From a virus: a stretch of DNA of 64,000 nt. The notes beneath the pieces are model-generated. The model worked only from the letters and a program-made list of their open reading frames with translations, searched no databases and was not told where the DNA came from. The DNA is taken from IMG/VR virus record IMGVR_UViG_3300037882_004081, positions 38,729 through 102,728 of that record. One strand, 5' to 3'. Position 1 is the stretch's first letter, and every line of letters starts with the position of its first letter. Below are positions 1 to 8,430 of the stretch, piece after piece. Position numbers and translations under genes: made by a program.

Positions 1-658
1 AAACGCGCTTCGCGCCCGTCTGGCCTTCACGGACCTTCCCGCCGAAACGTTCGATGCCGGGAGCTACGACACCAACTTCGACACCGACCTTGGTGACAAA
101 ATACGCGAAGACGTGATGACGATTGCGACCCGGTGGCATGAACCAGCGATTGTGGAGGTGCTGCAATTCCTTGTGGAAGTGGTGATGCAGGGGCGGGCGG
201 TCACGCGGAGACGGCAGGCACTCGCCACCGTCACCAAGAGCTTCGGAATCGCAGACTCAGAAGCCGCATTCCTGCTCGACTGGGCACAAGCACAAGTCCG
301 CTCCAAATTGCTCGACCACTATGACATCCCGATCGGTGACGAGGAAGCTTGGCGGTGCAGTGAGAAGTACAGCCACATCCCGGACCTCATGAAGCTGATC
401 GGCGTGGATGCCACCAAGCGCTTGATGGCAGTATACGGGGGCAAAGCGCTCAAGTTGCCTAGCCCGAGCCAAATCAGACGGGTGTCTCTGCTCAAGGACG
501 GGTATCAACGCTACTGGAGTTCCCCCGATCCGGAAGTTGCCGACGGGTTATCCAGGTCCTTGCGGGTGGCAAGGCAACGCCTCGAAACCGACCTCCACGA
601 CATGGCGCGTGGGGTCAACAGCGGCATCACGTTCGACAAGCCGCTATTCAACGACTAG
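1..658 (+). CDS. Mor/C-family transcription activator-like protein (5'-truncated by window edge)
   Basis: Frame open from base 2; motif LMKLIGVDATKRLMAVYGGKALKLPS matches the Mor dimerisation signature (IG...A..L...FGG..I.IP). Confidence 0.55.
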   Translation, partial: NALRARLAFTDLPAETFDAGSYDTNFDTDLGDKIREDVMTIATRWHEPAIVEVLQFLVEVVMQGRAVTRRRQALATVTKSFGIADSEAAFLLDWAQAQVRSKLLDHYDIPIGDEEAWRCSEKYSHIPDLMKLIGVDATKRLMAVYGGKALKLPSPSQIRRVSLLKDGYQRYWSSPDPEVADGLSRSLRVARQRLETDLHDMARGVNSGITFDKPLFND

Positions 659-1387
659 CTTGCTATTGATCAGGTCGGCCAGTCTCCCCGTCCTCAGGGA
701 TTCACTGAACCGATGGTGATAGTGATATTCGGCGGTCGTCTGGTATCCATGTTTGGCCAGCACTTGCTGTGCGATACCCCGGAACTCCAGCGCAACCTCT
801 TTCTCCTTGGCTGTCAGTTTGTATGGGCTGACGTGCGCCTTGACGAGGATGCTTTCGATGTCGTCCTGCGACATTGACGGATCAATACTGCTGGTCAAAG
901 AACCGGTGTTCTTGAAAATCTCGGGCTGGCGTGAGTCGATAGCCTCCACGTACACTGGTGTTCCTTCCAGTCCGAACGTCTTGATGACCGTGTAGGCCAG
1001 ATTCTCCGCGTCAACCTTGTTGCTGCGGCACCAGAACGAGATGGCGCTGAACTTCCCTAGGGCAGCGTTGTTGACGCCCTTCCATAGCCTCCCGCTTCTC
1101 GTCAGAATCCGGTTCTCGCCCATCTGCCCACCGAGTTTGGTGGCAACTGCCATGAAGGTGGGGAGGTCGAGTTTACCCTTGATGCCCACGTCGTATCCGG
1201 CCAGTGTTTTCTTGACCTCCGCTTCCGTTTTGGCGGATAGGGAGGCTTTCATGCCGTTGATGATAAACAGGTGGGTGCGGGAAGAGTACAGGACGGCACT
1301 CCCGATCACGGAAAACGTGATGGCGCTTGCGTGGTCGTGCGGCAGCACCAACTCTTTGAGTCTGAAATTGTCGGGATTGGATTTCAT
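644..1387 (-). CDS. Hypothetical protein, paralogue of the N-terminal domain of 45184..46602; putative head-internal protein
   Basis: ATG at 1387 (MKSNPDNF); shares NPDN, GR.W, AISFW and R.SES motifs with 45184..46602; TACCTAT element upstream. Confidence 0.6.
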   Translation of the reverse strand: MKSNPDNFRLKELVLPHDHASAITFSVIGSAVLYSSRTHLFIINGMKASLSAKTEAEVKKTLAGYDVGIKGKLDLPTFMAVATKLGGQMGENRILTRSGRLWKGVNNAALGKFSAISFWCRSNKVDAENLAYTVIKTFGLEGTPVYVEAIDSRQPEIFKNTGSLTSSIDPSMSQDDIESILVKAHVSPYKLTAKEKEVALEFRGIAQQVLAKHGYQTTAEYHYHHRFSESLRTGRLADLINSKLVVE

Positions 1388-1412
1388 GCTTGATGATAGG
1401 TAAGTCGATGGG

Positions 1413-2627
1413 TTAGACCGCAACCACCTTCGTGATGCGGCGAATGTCGGTCTGGGCGACCTCTTGGTAATAGCGGTGTTTCGTGATGGTACCGGTGAAC
1501 TCGTAGGTGCCACCCACTTCGGCGTCCATCTTGCCACCCACCATCACGTTCCCAGCCTCGTCCACCATCAGATAGTTGTAGGAGGTTCCGCCGTTGAAGT
1601 CGTTAGGGAATTCGAGGATGCGGGTCACCTTGGCGCGGAACTTGCGACGCTCACCGATGGTTCCGACGTGCTGGGAAGTGGCGACCAGCTTGTCGTGATT
1701 GGCTTCCCGTTCGGCCTTGTTGATGGCGATTTTGCGCGAAATCGGCATTGCGATGGCGAGCCCAAGCAGGCTGCTTGGTGCGAAGCCAGCGGTCGCGATC
1801 ACGTGCAGGTTGCGGGAGAAGTCGTCATCACCGGCATTGGCGCGGAAGTGCTCAATCACCACTTCAGCTTCGGCACGGTCTTCGTCGTCGATCGAGTCCA
1901 TGAAGTCCTTGTCTTTGGCGACCCCGGTGACGCGATCGCGGATGAACTTGGACGAGCTTTCCACGCCATTTTCTTCGGCGCGATTCTTGCCAATCCACGC
2001 GAAATCCCTCATGTAACGGACGGCGGCAGCGACGACGGTAACGAGTTCGTAGGAAACGTCACCACCGCGCACCCCGTATCCGCGCTCCGTTTCCGGGTAG
2101 GCTTCCAAGGTGCGGTACAGCGTGTTGAGGAATTCGAACTTGCTGGCCAGATTGTTGGCGGAGTTGGAGCCCACGAAATCCTGCAGGCAGGACTTCCCAA
2201 TCTGACGGAACCCGCCGTCTTGGTGGCGCACGATGTAGGTGTGCTTGCGATCCCGGTTGGTGCGGCAGTGATCACAGGAGGTGGGGTCCTTGTGGCGGAT
2301 GCTCTCCGGGAACTCCACGCCCGGAACTCCCAAGATCACGTTGCCGGTGTCGCTGCCCCCGGCGTGGACGACGCCAGCAAACGACCACCCGGAGTAGGCG
2401 ACGGTGCCGGTGTCAAACACGTTGATCGTGGTGACCTTCACGATGGTCTTGCCGTCGAGTTCCGTGTTGCCCACGTAGTCCACCGTGTAGACTTCGACCT
2501 CTTCCATCTGGCTCGACACCACGTCGAACTGAGGAACTGGGAGTCCGAGCGCCGCCGCCCGACGCTGCAGGCCGCGAAACACCTTCGTGAAGGTCTCGAC
2601 GTCGCGAATCTTGAGGGTCGTGTTCAT
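1413..2627 (-). CDS. Phage protein with CxxC/C metal site and C-terminal OB-fold-like domain
   Basis: CDHC..R.RK.TY...QIGKSCL.DF motif; C-terminal VGTIGER beta-rich domain; strong promoter directly upstream. Confidence 0.6.
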   Translation of the reverse strand: MNTTLKIRDVETFTKVFRGLQRRAAALGLPVPQFDVVSSQMEEVEVYTVDYVGNTELDGKTIVKVTTINVFDTGTVAYSGWSFAGVVHAGGSDTGNVILGVPGVEFPESIRHKDPTSCDHCRTNRDRKHTYIVRHQDGGFRQIGKSCLQDFVGSNSANNLASKFEFLNTLYRTLEAYPETERGYGVRGGDVSYELVTVVAAAVRYMRDFAWIGKNRAEENGVESSSKFIRDRVTGVAKDKDFMDSIDDEDRAEAEVVIEHFRANAGDDDFSRNLHVIATAGFAPSSLLGLAIAMPISRKIAINKAEREANHDKLVATSQHVGTIGERRKFRAKVTRILEFPNDFNGGTSYNYLMVDEAGNVMVGGKMDAEVGGTYEFTGTITKHRYYQEVAQTDIRRITKVVAV

Positions 2628-2632
2628 CAGGA

Positions 2633-2661
2633 ACTATAACACACCCGGTGACTTTTGTCAA
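2633..2661 (-). promoter_or_regulatory. Sigma70-type early promoter, leaderless
   Basis: TTGACA-17nt-TATAGT with TGTG extension; ATG 5 nt after the -10 hexamer. Confidence 0.8.
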
Positions 2662-2894
2662 GTAGGAATCTGTGCCGGAATCACTGTGGGCTGGGTATCA
2701 CTTTTCGCGTAGAATTCCTCAAGGGCAGTAGTGACCGCTTCCGCGTGTTCCGGCGACATGCACTCCGCCCAGTGTTCAAGATCGACCGAGTAGACCTCAT
2801 AGGCGGGTCCATTAGGTCCACCATAGGTGCGCCAGCGAAACCTTTCGTGGTGACCGCGTGGGAACGGGTTGGGCGCTGGTGGTATGCTGCTCAC
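2658..2894 (-). CDS. Hypothetical protein
   Basis: 78-aa ORF translationally coupled (4-nt overlap) to the upstream gene. Confidence 0.5.
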   Translation of the reverse strand: MSSIPPAPNPFPRGHHERFRWRTYGGPNGPAYEVYSVDLEHWAECMSPEHAEAVTTALEEFYAKSDTQPTVIPAQIPT

Positions 2895-3517
2895 TGCGTT
2901 TTGTAAGGTTCAAAATACACCGTAATCCCACTGACTTTGTAGCCGTAAACCGTGTTTTCGGAAGAGTCCACGTTGCCATCCCCCATGACCTTGTATTTCA
3001 GCATGGCTGGTCGGTCTTTGACGGACTCCCATAGTGGGACGTTCAGTGCGTGGAAGTCACCGACCAAAAAGAACTCGTTACCCTCTATCCTCTCGGTGCG
3101 GATGTTCCGCATTTCCCCGACCGTGTGAGTCGGTGAAAGGACACCAGCTGGACTACCTTCCAAGTTCACCAGACACGGGCTCGGGAAGGACTCAAACGAG
3201 TTCTCGTGGTAGATAAGGCCACTGTTCGGAGACGGATGGCCAAGCTGGATCAACTCCACTGTACGAAGTGATAGTTGCTCCGATTCCGGGCGCGGATCGG
3301 TCCATATCCACCCAAAGCTCTCGGACCGCCGCAGTTTCAGGTCCCCGATTGGGGTTGTGCAGACCACCCCAGTTGGGTCAAAGCCACACCGCTCAATGAG
3401 GTCTCCGAGCATCTTCGGAACCGACTCCACGTTGATTTCCTGAACCTGCCGATCGCGTTCATCGAACGCACAAATGTTACCGTTTGGGAACAGGATGAGT
3501 GACTTGAGTTGTTTCAT
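2891..3517 (-). CDS. Hypothetical protein; C-terminal half resembles a degenerate T4 gp21-type prohead protease fold
   Basis: NSGLIY ... EGNEFFLVGDFHALNVP ... MGDGNV ... YKV has the spacing of gp21 NGRIY/EGN..G...L.TP/SSRG.GSV, but the catalytic His and Ser are absent. Confidence 0.4.
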   Translation of the reverse strand: MKQLKSLILFPNGNICAFDERDRQVQEINVESVPKMLGDLIERCGFDPTGVVCTTPIGDLKLRRSESFGWIWTDPRPESEQLSLRTVELIQLGHPSPNSGLIYHENSFESFPSPCLVNLEGSPAGVLSPTHTVGEMRNIRTERIEGNEFFLVGDFHALNVPLWESVKDRPAMLKYKVMGDGNVDSSENTVYGYKVSGITVYFEPYKTQ

Positions 3518-3695
3518 TTCGTTTGAGTGGCTTTCCCATGTACTGCCTCCAAGCTCTGGTGCGTTGACAAGTGTGGCAGGTCACGTCTCGACCGTCGTAG
3601 GCGGCGTGCTCCGACCCGACCAGACCGCAACCTGTCACGTTGCGGTTCGAAGGTCGGAAGTGGACGGGACGCCCGATCCGTGGCACGTAGGCCAT
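3477..3695 (-). CDS. Small putative Zn-finger protein
   Basis: H...C...CHTC pattern; coupled to the upstream gene. Confidence 0.45.
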   Translation of the reverse strand: MAYVPRIGRPVHFRPSNRNVTGCGLVGSEHAAYDGRDVTCHTCQRTRAWRQYMGKPLKRNETTQVTHPVPKR

Positions 3696-4375
3696 TACAG
3701 CTTGCCCTCTTTGACTTGGGTGCCGGTTGGCACCAGTTCTTCCAGCGCGTCGAATTGCTCCTTGCTGAGCGCCTTGGACTCCAGCATGCTCAGCTTTTTG
3801 CTGTTGTAGCCTTCGGTCGGGAACACTTGCATCTTGAGCGCAATCACGTCGTCGGGGTTGAGACCAAGCTTGGTCAGCATTTCCTTCATGCCCTCGTAAA
3901 CGGCGGTCTGCTTGTCTTCGGGGATTTTGGCGCTGGTGATCGAGAGCGAGAAGCGCTCTTCGAAAAGAGCTTCCGCGTTGTCCTCGCCGATCCGGGCGAC
4001 GAGTTCGGTGGCAACCGCATCGGAATCGTCGGTGCCAGCGGTCTTGACGGCGAAACGGGTGGTGTCGGGGAACGACACCATCACGACGCCACCTTCAGGA
4101 CCGAGGATTTTGACCGAGGAAACCGCCGCACCGTTGTGGGTCGGGTTTTCGAGGTAGTTGGCGCGGGCAAACCCGGAGATGACCGACTTGGCACCCTTGA
4201 GGGAGGTCTCCATTTCCTTGAACTTCTTGTTGTCAACGGCGAACGAATCGACGTATTCAGCGAGTTCAACGAGTTCCGGATTCGCCTTGGTGTCCAGCGA
4301 AATGACGCGGTGGGCTTCCTTGAGAGCCTTGGTGACGGTCGGCTTGGCGGCGGCGAGTTTGGAGCGAAGGGCCAT
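3695..4375 (-). CDS. Hypothetical early protein
   Basis: 226 aa, strong codon bias, C/A-rich leader, consensus promoter upstream. Confidence 0.7.
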   Translation of the reverse strand: MALRSKLAAAKPTVTKALKEAHRVISLDTKANPELVELAEYVDSFAVDNKKFKEMETSLKGAKSVISGFARANYLENPTHNGAAVSSVKILGPEGGVVMVSFPDTTRFAVKTAGTDDSDAVATELVARIGEDNAEALFEERFSLSITSAKIPEDKQTAVYEGMKEMLTKLGLNPDDVIALKMQVFPTEGYNSKKLSMLESKALSKEQFDALEELVPTGTQVKEGKL

Positions 4376-4425
4376 GGTGTGAGTTGGGTTGGGTTGGTTG
4401 GTGAAAGCGTAATTGCTACATCGGA

Positions 4426-4454
4426 ATTATACCACACCTTTGTACGTTTGTCAA
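4426..4454 (-). promoter_or_regulatory. Sigma70-type early promoter
   Basis: Perfect TTGACA-17nt-TATAAT with TGTGG before the -10. Confidence 0.85.
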
Positions 4455-4459
4455 GTCCC

Positions 4460-4858
4460 CTACTTAGAAAGCCCTTCCAGCATCTCCTTGATGGATGGTG
4501 GTACCCCCGCTTCCCGCTCCGCCTTCTTCCGACACTTGCGCTGTTTTGCCGTCCACTTGTTCAGGTGCGTGATGACGCGGGCCAGCTGCACCGCGTCCAC
4601 GTCCACTTTTTCAGCCTCTGCGATCGGGTCCAGGCGTTCCCGGATGCACCGGACCGCCGTCACCCCCACACGGAGATGACGGGCGAAGTCGTCGCACGAA
4701 GGAATCGTCACGGTCGTCCCACCGATGTGGGCGATGAGACGCAGGACCTCATCAGGTCCCAGCATCCACGTGAGCAACTCCAGTCCCGGATGGGACTCGT
4801 AAAACAGAGCCAGCGAAAGCTCGTTGCCAAGCCCTTCGAGTGGATCTGGAAGTTTCAC
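4460..4858 (-). CDS. Mor/C-family transcription activator-like protein
   Basis: MLGPDEVLRLIAHIGGTTVTIPS matches the Mor family signature. Confidence 0.55.
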   Translation of the reverse strand: MKLPDPLEGLGNELSLALFYESHPGLELLTWMLGPDEVLRLIAHIGGTTVTIPSCDDFARHLRVGVTAVRCIRERLDPIAEAEKVDVDAVQLARVITHLNKWTAKQRKCRKKAEREAGVPPSIKEMLEGLSK

Positions 4859-5419
4859 CTACTCGCCAATGATAGGAAGCGTACCGTCCGCGACACCCTT
4901 GGCGAGGCGTGCCAGTTCGGATTCCCGTGGAGCACCCGTCACCGGGTCGCGCACCACCTCGCCGAGCTTGTCTTGGTCCTCGTAGGTCTGCTTGGTCCAC
5001 CACTCGCGGTACTTGCGGAAATCGGCGAGTTGCTCTGAGGTCCAATCTGGGTTTTCGGGGTGGTTGAGATTCGGCAGCACCATGATAACGCTGTGCGGGT
5101 TCTCTTCGACCTTCCAGCCCATTTGGCCATTGAGACCATTGGGGACGCGCCACATCGTGGTGGTGTGGAGCAGCACGATGTCGCCGACTTTGACGCGTTT
5201 GACATCGGGTCCGATTTGGACGACTTCACAGATTTCGTACTTCTTTTCGAGAGCGTCCTTTTTGCCTTGCGGCAGCACGATTCCGGATTCCGTTTGACCC
5301 GCGCAATACTGCATGGTGTCAACCGCGAAAATGGCGGCTCCGATGGGGCTCGCGAGCGACATCGGGACATAGAGGATACAATTCGACAGGGTGGTTGGTG
5401 CGGCAGATGATGACGACAT
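4859..5419 (-). CDS. groES: Co-chaperonin GroES (Cpn10)-like protein with C-terminal extension
   Basis: Mobile loop QTESGIVLP and EVVQIGPDVKRVKVGDIV motif. Confidence 0.8.
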   Translation of the reverse strand: MSSSSAAPTTLSNCILYVPMSLASPIGAAIFAVDTMQYCAGQTESGIVLPQGKKDALEKKYEICEVVQIGPDVKRVKVGDIVLLHTTTMWRVPNGLNGQMGWKVEENPHSVIMVLPNLNHPENPDWTSEQLADFRKYREWWTKQTYEDQDKLGEVVRDPVTGAPRESELARLAKGVADGTLPIIGE

Positions 5420-5673
5420 ACACGGCGCAGAAAACCCTATGTTTCGAGATGACTTCTTCTAGCGATCTGCCCGGTACCCTCCACAGTGTTGACATTGAAG
5501 ACAACAAGATCGTGGGAGGCGTCGTGGAGGTGGAGGATCACGGTTGCCGGATCTGCCTAACGAGTGAGCGGATCAGCGAGGACGTGCGGGAGATCGGGAC
5601 GCACGGGTTGCTCCAGTGGAACAACGGGTGGTACTTCAACGCTAAGCCCTCCCCCAGGCAATTTTCGTGTTGA
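5408..5673 (+). CDS. Hypothetical protein
   Basis: Fills the gap between minus-strand genes; start uncertain. Confidence 0.4.
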
Positions 5674-6691
5674 TCACGAGGGTTCCGAGAGCCCCTTTGG
5701 TGCGGTCTTCAGTGAGCGTCCACAGGTGTTGCGCGTAAGTGATGTCTTCGATGTGGTCCTCGAAGTCATCGGTGTCGTAAACCGAAATGCCAAGGGTGCG
5801 CACAATGCCGGTCACTGCACCCTCGCCGATCGTCGTCACATAGTTGATTTCGAAGCTCCCCGGCACATAAGCGTCATCGGTCATCGTGAAGTTGTTGGCG
5901 TTGGTACGCCCCGCCACGTTGGTTCCACTGGCATCAGGCCAAGCGGGTGCCACGATCTCATCGGCCAACACGAACAGCCGGAAGAATCGCTGATCCCCAC
6001 CCGCACTGGTACGGCGTGATGGCTCACAGATAACCGCGTGACCGGCGTCCGCTGAATCGTCCATCCCGGCAACGCTGGCGTTGTATCCGGCAGTGCCAAA
6101 TGGGAATGGCACAACGTTCCACCAGAGTAGCGCGGGAACTGCCATAGTGCTTTCCCACCCTGTTCCACTGATCCCAAGCCCGACCGCTGATCTTGTCGAG
6201 GCGTTCCTTACCACCAACGTGACTTCGAAAATGAGCCTGAGTCTCCGCCCCGGTGACACGGGTATCGATGGAAGGAGAGCCCTTGCGAACAAGTTGTCCC
6301 CAGCACTTCCTTGACTCGAAATCCCGCACTCGCGATAGGTGGTAAGGGCGACCGGGGTTGCGAAGTCGAAGCAGCGCCTGAATAACACGCGGTCATTCGC
6401 CGAGTCGTTCAGATTGTCGCACGATTGCAGCGTCTCCGCCCCGACCACCCAGTCAAACACCGCGTAGTCGTTGGTCCTTGATTCTTCGTCGATGAGCCCC
6501 TCTTGCACGATAGATGGGGCAGTGCCATCCAAGCCAGCTGCCGCATACTTGAGTTGTTCCCACCAACACTCGTCAACTAGGCGGTCTAGCCCGGAATTGA
6601 TGATGGTACAGGTTTGCCACCCGGTCTCAAATAGGACCGCATCAACATCGTTGATCACGAAGGCTTTAACACGATTGGCGGCGGTGATCAT
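5642..6691 (-). CDS. Tail/baseplate-associated structural protein (tail-fibre attachment-like)
   Basis: ATGA overlap with upstream stop at 6688-6691; IINSGLDRL and RECGI...LFARALL...LRL.FEV motifs resemble tail-fibre N-terminal anchor domains. Confidence 0.5.
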   Translation of the reverse strand: MITAANRVKAFVINDVDAVLFETGWQTCTIINSGLDRLVDECWWEQLKYAAAGLDGTAPSIVQEGLIDEESRTNDYAVFDWVVGAETLQSCDNLNDSANDRVLFRRCFDFATPVALTTYRECGISSQGSAGDNLFARALLPSIPVSPGRRLRLIFEVTLVVRNASTRSAVGLGISGTGWESTMAVPALLWWNVVPFPFGTAGYNASVAGMDDSADAGHAVICEPSRRTSAGGDQRFFRLFVLADEIVAPAWPDASGTNVAGRTNANNFTMTDDAYVPGSFEINYVTTIGEGAVTGIVRTLGISVYDTDDFEDHIEDITYAQHLWTLTEDRTKGALGTLVINTKIAWGRA

Positions 6692-8430
6692 CCAGATATG
6701 GTTGGTGGTGGTCCTGGTGACGGAATCGCGGATTCCGTCACAATGGTGGTGAGCAAAGTCTGCATGTCCGTAGGCCACACGTTCACACGCTCCGCTGGAA
6801 GAAATGCTGTTCCGTCGGTCGTATATGAAGCGCCGGGGAGGGTCATCGAGTATCTGTTCCGCATGTAAAACGCGCCGAGGTCGTAAAACTCACCATCCGG
6901 GTGACCGTCTGGGACGCCATCTCCGGGAGCGGTCGTCGAATAAACAGTCCCGGTGTCGGCCTCAGTGACTGTGACCGCCCCGCCCAACATGGTCTTTTCG
7001 CGATTCTGCCCGTTCCAAGCGCTATATTCAGAGATTCCTGTGTCCAGCGCAACCAGTTCGATACCGTCGGGGTGGTCGTCATACGCCCAAGGGTACGTGG
7101 CTTCAACGATCGTACTAACCTGTCTAGAGTGGAACTCTACGTAGAACCCGCCAGCGCTGGATGAAATGCGCACGTAGAACCTGACATCCTTGGCGATTCT
7201 TCTTAGGTACCACCCCATTCCGGTGTTGAATTCAAACAGCGCAGTTTGTGACTCAATCACCGCATGGGTGGCAGAATTTCGAAGTTGGATGGTGAGGGTG
7301 ATGTCTGAGAAACTGTTTGACCCAATAGCGCCCATACTAGCCGGTGGTATGGTGTGGGAGATGTTGTTCGAACCACCGCCAGTCCGTCTAGCTAATACCA
7401 GTCCAAGATCATCGTCCACCACGTCACTTGCCGGGCTTGGATTGGTGGTGTCGAACGGGTCGTTGACAAATATGAGCACAAAAAGCTGCTCTTCCTCCGG
7501 TGGTGGGGCGATCGTATGATCCACCACGAGTGGGTCTGGGTATGGCTTCAACGAATAGGAGTACCCGCACGTGGTTGATAGGAATTGAACTTCCCCACCT
7601 CCGTCGTCAACGGTCCAATAAAAAGGTCCGTAGAGGGAGGCGGCAGCAACTTCCAGAGTGTCACCAACCCCAACCCCGTAAACCTGGGTGTCAACGAGTG
7701 TTCCGCCCGGATAAGTCGAATCACCCGTGTAAAGGCGGAATGTGACGGTGCCAGCGGACAGCACGTTGAACAGGTGGTACTCAGTGGTGCACCAGTAAAA
7801 CGGATCTGGCGTGGAGTCCACATATGAACCGCTTGGGATCAGCCACCCGACAAAGGCGTCTGTGCCAGCGTGCTCCGGTTCTGGTTCATCGGTGCCAGCA
7901 CCCCATTTGGTGATTAGACAGTCAGCAAGCGCTTGACGCTGGTCCGCATCGGTCATTGCGAACCTCAGGAACGCGAGTTCGCAAAACTCCAGAGTAGCAC
8001 CGAACCCAGAATCGTCAAGTGAGCCAATGCGAAAGTCGTCACGGTGGTTTTCAACGGATGCCGCATTGTCCGCGTCCACGAGAGCCCATGACTGATAGGA
8101 GTCTTCACGATACAGGTGGACCTGAAGCACTTCGTCGTCTTCAAGGTCTCCCATGACAAGCATCCACACCGACCTCCCGTCCGGTGGTTCAAGTCCAAAT
8201 TCCAGAGTGTGGAAACCGACACGGAAATGACAGGTCCACAAACCTCCAGTTCGTTCGAACCAAAATCCCAGTCCCGGTGGTGCAAGCTCCCAAGCCCACC
8301 CAAGGACTGGCAACAAATCCTCTCCTGGTTGTCCACCAAACACGTCCACCACCAACACCAGCGTCATGGCGTCCGTAAGCCCCCAATCGCGGAGCTTTGC
8401 AGAAGGAATGGCGAAGGTGGTGGTAGCCAT
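6688..8430 (-). CDS. Tail-associated protein with C-terminal half of a LamG/ConA-like domain
   Basis: FRIG...LEFCELAF...AMTDADQRQALADCLITKWG; T/G/S/D-rich beta modules. Confidence 0.55.
   Translation of the reverse strand: MATTTFAIPSAKLRDWGLTDAMTLVLVVDVFGGQPGEDLLPVLGWAWELAPPGLGFWFERTGGLWTCHFRVGFHTLEFGLEPPDGRSVWMLVMGDLEDDEVLQVHLYREDSYQSWALVDADNAASVENHRDDFRIGSLDDSGFGATLEFCELAFLRFAMTDADQRQALADCLITKWGAGTDEPEPEHAGTDAFVGWLIPSGSYVDSTPDPFYWCTTEYHLFNVLSAGTVTFRLYTGDSTYPGGTLVDTQVYGVGVGDTLEVAAASLYGPFYWTVDDGGGEVQFLSTTCGYSYSLKPYPDPLVVDHTIAPPPEEEQLFVLIFVNDPFDTTNPSPASDVVDDDLGLVLARRTGGGSNNISHTIPPASMGAIGSNSFSDITLTIQLRNSATHAVIESQTALFEFNTGMGWYLRRIAKDVRFYVRISSSAGGFYVEFHSRQVSTIVEATYPWAYDDHPDGIELVALDTGISEYSAWNGQNREKTMLGGAVTVTEADTGTVYSTTAPGDGVPDGHPDGEFYDLGAFYMRNRYSMTLPGASYTTDGTAFLPAERVNVWPTDMQTLLTTIVTESAIPSPGPPPTISG

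Noticed and set aside
1464-5038. Long plus-strand ORFs 1464..2639 and 3527..5038
   Set aside because: Antisense shadows of strongly codon-biased minus-strand genes; no recognisable motifs
5642-6778. 91-bp overlap suggesting a frameshift between tail genes
   Set aside because: Resolved by the ATG at 6691 forming a standard ATGA overlap
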